A stretch of 64,000 bases of DNA from Octopus sinensis. Lineage: Eukaryota. A program made the position numbers and the translations under genes. The stretch covers positions 51,274,001-51,338,000 of the forward strand of contig NC_042999.1 in the NCBI RefSeq assembly GCF_006345805.1, written 5' to 3'. Positions 61,240 to 64,000 of this stretch are shown here, one piece after another. Under the pieces are notes generated by a model. It ran no database searches. It was not told the origin of the DNA and worked only from the letters and a program-made list of their open reading frames with translations. Positions within the stretch are counted from its first letter, which is position 1. Each line of letters opens with the position of its first letter.

Positions 61240-61612
61240 GGCGCAGGAGTGGCTGTGTGGTAAGTAGCTTGCTAACCAACCACATGGTTCCAGGTTCAGT
61301 CCCACTGCGTGGCATCTTGGGTAAGTTTCTTCTGCTATAGCCCCGGGCCAACCAGTGCCTTGTGAGTGGATTTGGTAGACGGAAACTGAAAGAAGCCTGT
61401 CGTATATATGTATGTATTTGTCCCCCTAGCATTGCTTGACAACCGATGCTGGTGTGTTTACGCCCCCGTCACTTAGCGGTTTGGCAAAAGAGACCGATAG
61501 AATAAGTACTGGGCTTACAAAGAATAAGTCCCGGGGTCGATTTGCTCGACTAAAGGCGGTGCTCCAGCATGGCCGCAGTCAAATGACTGAAACTAGTAAA
61601 AGAGAGATAGAG
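61240..61612 (+). mobile_element. SINE family A, full length
   Basis: Matches 47522. Confidence 0.92.
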
Positions 61613-61841
61613 AGAATACTTTTGTAATGGAATGCTCATCTAAAGCAAAATAGTGGTATTGAACAACTAAAGTACAACTATGAGGGGGACAGAGGCAGGC
61701 TAAAGTGTGAGAGTAGCACCGACACCTGAGAAAGAAATACAATTTGTAACAAGGTCAATTTGCGTCAGGTAGGCAAGGTTTTTGTCATTGATTTAGCCTT
61801 ATTATTAGTTTCTAGCATATCAACCATGTAGAAATAAAAGG

Positions 61842-62060
61842 TTAACCTTTTAGCATCTAAACTGCCCATATCTGGCCGAAATATTCTACGTGTTTTATGT
61901 TCATCCAACCAGATCCAGCTTCTCACACCTTTCCTACAATGTCATTATAAAAATTACATCATCAAAATCTCAAAGCTACAAAGATAAAGCATGATTAATT
62001 CAAAACCATGAATAAATGGACATCACATTTGAGAGAATAATCTGAATGGGAAATGGTTAA
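61842..62060. mobile_element. TTAA-flanked MITE
   Basis: ttaaccttttagcat ... aaatgg ttaa; reverse orientation of the copy at 34630. Confidence 0.72.
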
Positions 62061-62383
62061 TGGTAAATATTGGAAATAAGAATGAAGCAAAATAGAATAA
62101 TGTTTATTTGGGGCAGTTCCTGGAAATTTAATGGCTGGGTTTCAGTCTTATCAGGATTGGAGAGTCTTCAGACAGGATGGTCACAGACTCTGTTTATTCA
62201 AACTGTTAAACACATAATTTTGTTTGAAAACAAGAGGTCGGATTGTATAATATGTATAGAGAACGTTTGGGCTAAATTTCACAGGAAAAGAAAATAGAAT
62301 ATTCCATCCAAAAATTAAAATATTTTGAACAATAAAAAGAAAAATATCGACCTGGATTATAGCTGGGGGATAACAGATTACTC

Positions 62384-62640
62384 ATCATCATCATCGTTTA
62401 ACGTCCGTTCTCCATGCTAGCATGGGTTGGACGGTTCTGGGAAGCCAGAAGGCTGCACCAGGCTCCAGTCTTATCTGGCAATGTTTCTACAGCTGGATGC
62501 CCTTCCTAACGCCAACCACTCTGTGAGTGTAGTGGGTGCTTTCTACGTGCCACCTGCACAGGTGCCAGGCGAGGCTGGCAACGACCATGGTCGGATTAGT
62601 GTATTTTATGTGCCACCGGCACGGAAGCCAGTTGAGGCGG
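62384..62640 (-). mobile_element. RTE 3'-end insertion
   Basis: (CAT)n tail and one to two VNTR units. Confidence 0.9.
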
Positions 62641-62669
62641 CGCAAGTATCCATATTTAGTTTCAACCAT

Positions 62670-63210
62670 GGCCTCAACTGACAAATGCATTCCTCAGTGT
62701 GTCCCTGAGAAGATTTTTGAATACCTTCTTGATCATGGTCACCAGTGTTGCTTTGGTATTGCAAACGGAGTGCATGGGGTTTCTTAACCACACCCACACA
62801 CAGTAATCCATGGTATTACAATTGGGGAGAGAATTAGGAGGCCAGAAATTGGGGCTAGTGAAGTCATAAAAATTCTCAAGGAACCAGATCTTGCTGCCAC
62901 ACATATGACCTTCAAGCAGTAACCCTCTCCAGCCAAGGTTTGACCAGTTTCTCTCAGCTTCATGTAACTATCTGAATTGAGCTTAAGGCCCTGTTCAAGG
63001 ATGGAGTGGGATGGGAGAGAATTCTGGCATGCAAGTGCAGTAAGAATGCTTACTTTGTCCTTTCCTGCTGGACACAGCTTCATAGTCTCTGTTGCAGCAA
63101 TCCATGTCACATCCTTTAGCCTTTACAGCATTCACAGAGTTTTGAGCAGCGGTCATGATATTGGCATTTTGTCTGTAAATCATTGTGATAAGATGGTCTT
63201 CCATTCTTGA
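62670..63210 (-). mobile_element. maT/DD37D-like transposase fragment
   Basis: PNFWPPNS.PNCNTMDYCVW and CNTKATLVTMIKKVF. Confidence 0.7.
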
Positions 63211-63275
63211 CCATCCTGCTTTCTAAGGGGGATAATATTTAATGTGAATTGGCATCTATTTCTGGCAAGTAAAAC

Positions 63276-63605
63276 GACCATGTAGAAGAATATTTAAGAA
63301 TTGAAATGGTTTATATAAAAATCTCATTGAAACTTAATAAAATAATTTTTGTTAGTAAATTTCTGTAAAATTTATTTAACTCTTTAGCATTTAAACTGGC
63401 CAAAATATTCCAGTTTTATGTTCAAATCTAGCCTCTCGCTAGACCATGTAGAAGAATATCTAAGAATTGAAATGGTTTATATAAAAATCTCATTGAAACT
63501 TAATAAAATGATTTTTGTTAGTAAATTTCTGTAAAATTTATTTAACTCTTTAGCATTTAAACTGGCCAAAATATTCCAGTTTTATGTTCAAATCTAGCCT
63601 CTCTC
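63276..63605. repeat. 166-bp tandem duplication spanning a MITE junction
   Basis: gaccatgtagaag starts at 63276 and 63442; TTAA+MITE start at 63376 and 63542. Confidence 0.92.
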
Positions 63606-63738
63606 GCACCAACAATATCATTCTAAAACTTACCCACATCAAAATCTCAAAGCTACAAGATAATGTAGATTAATTGAAAACAATGAATATAAATAAGCAT
63701 TACTTTTGATAGAATATTGTGAATGCGAAAAGGGTTCA
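63542..63738. mobile_element. TTAA-type MITE (family of 34630 and 61842)
   Basis: ttaactctttagcatttaaa ... gaaaagggttca. Confidence 0.72.
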
Positions 63739-64000
63739 AATCTAAATCATTTCAAGTGTTTTAAATTTCTACCATAAATCTTAATAACCAACATCATTTA
63801 ACTCTTCTCACTTTCCTCCTCCTCCTCCCCCCTCTGTCATTTTGCTTCCTCCTTTCCCTCCTTCACCTCCCACTAACACATAATGAGGCAGCTTAGCTTG
63901 TTGAACAGCAAGTGTGTGTGTGCGTGTGTGTATACACATGCTTACACACACACACACACACACACACTGTCAGACAGACAGTCAGCAAGCTATGACTGAT

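Overview
AT-rich eukaryotic DNA dominated by microsatellites and transposable elements. The repeat repertoire resembles coleoid cephalopod (Octopus-like) genomes; this is recognition only, not a database result. Contents: (i) many non-LTR retrotransposons, including a near-intact 4.9-kb RTE-clade LINE (26757-31693, minus) with a PHD-like finger and a 62-bp VNTR in its 3' UTR, about 19 RTE 3' ends, CR1-like LINEs, BovB-like RTE fragments and an R4/Dong-like remnant; (ii) three tRNA-headed SINE families, here called A, B and C; (iii) mariner, maT-like, Helitron and TTAA-type MITE DNA elements; (iv) two minimal type-I hammerhead ribozyme motifs, one with a G3:C8 compensatory core; (v) three phase-compatible plus-strand exons of an unidentified host gene (18860-18903, 47245-47357, 54759-54992). 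By eye, the sequence shifts from CpG-retaining to CpG-depleted near 19-20 kb, where that gene would start. No prokaryotic features, CRISPR arrays, rRNA or bona fide tRNA genes were seen. Most listed ORFs are repeat artefacts. Boundaries of degenerate elements are approximate.
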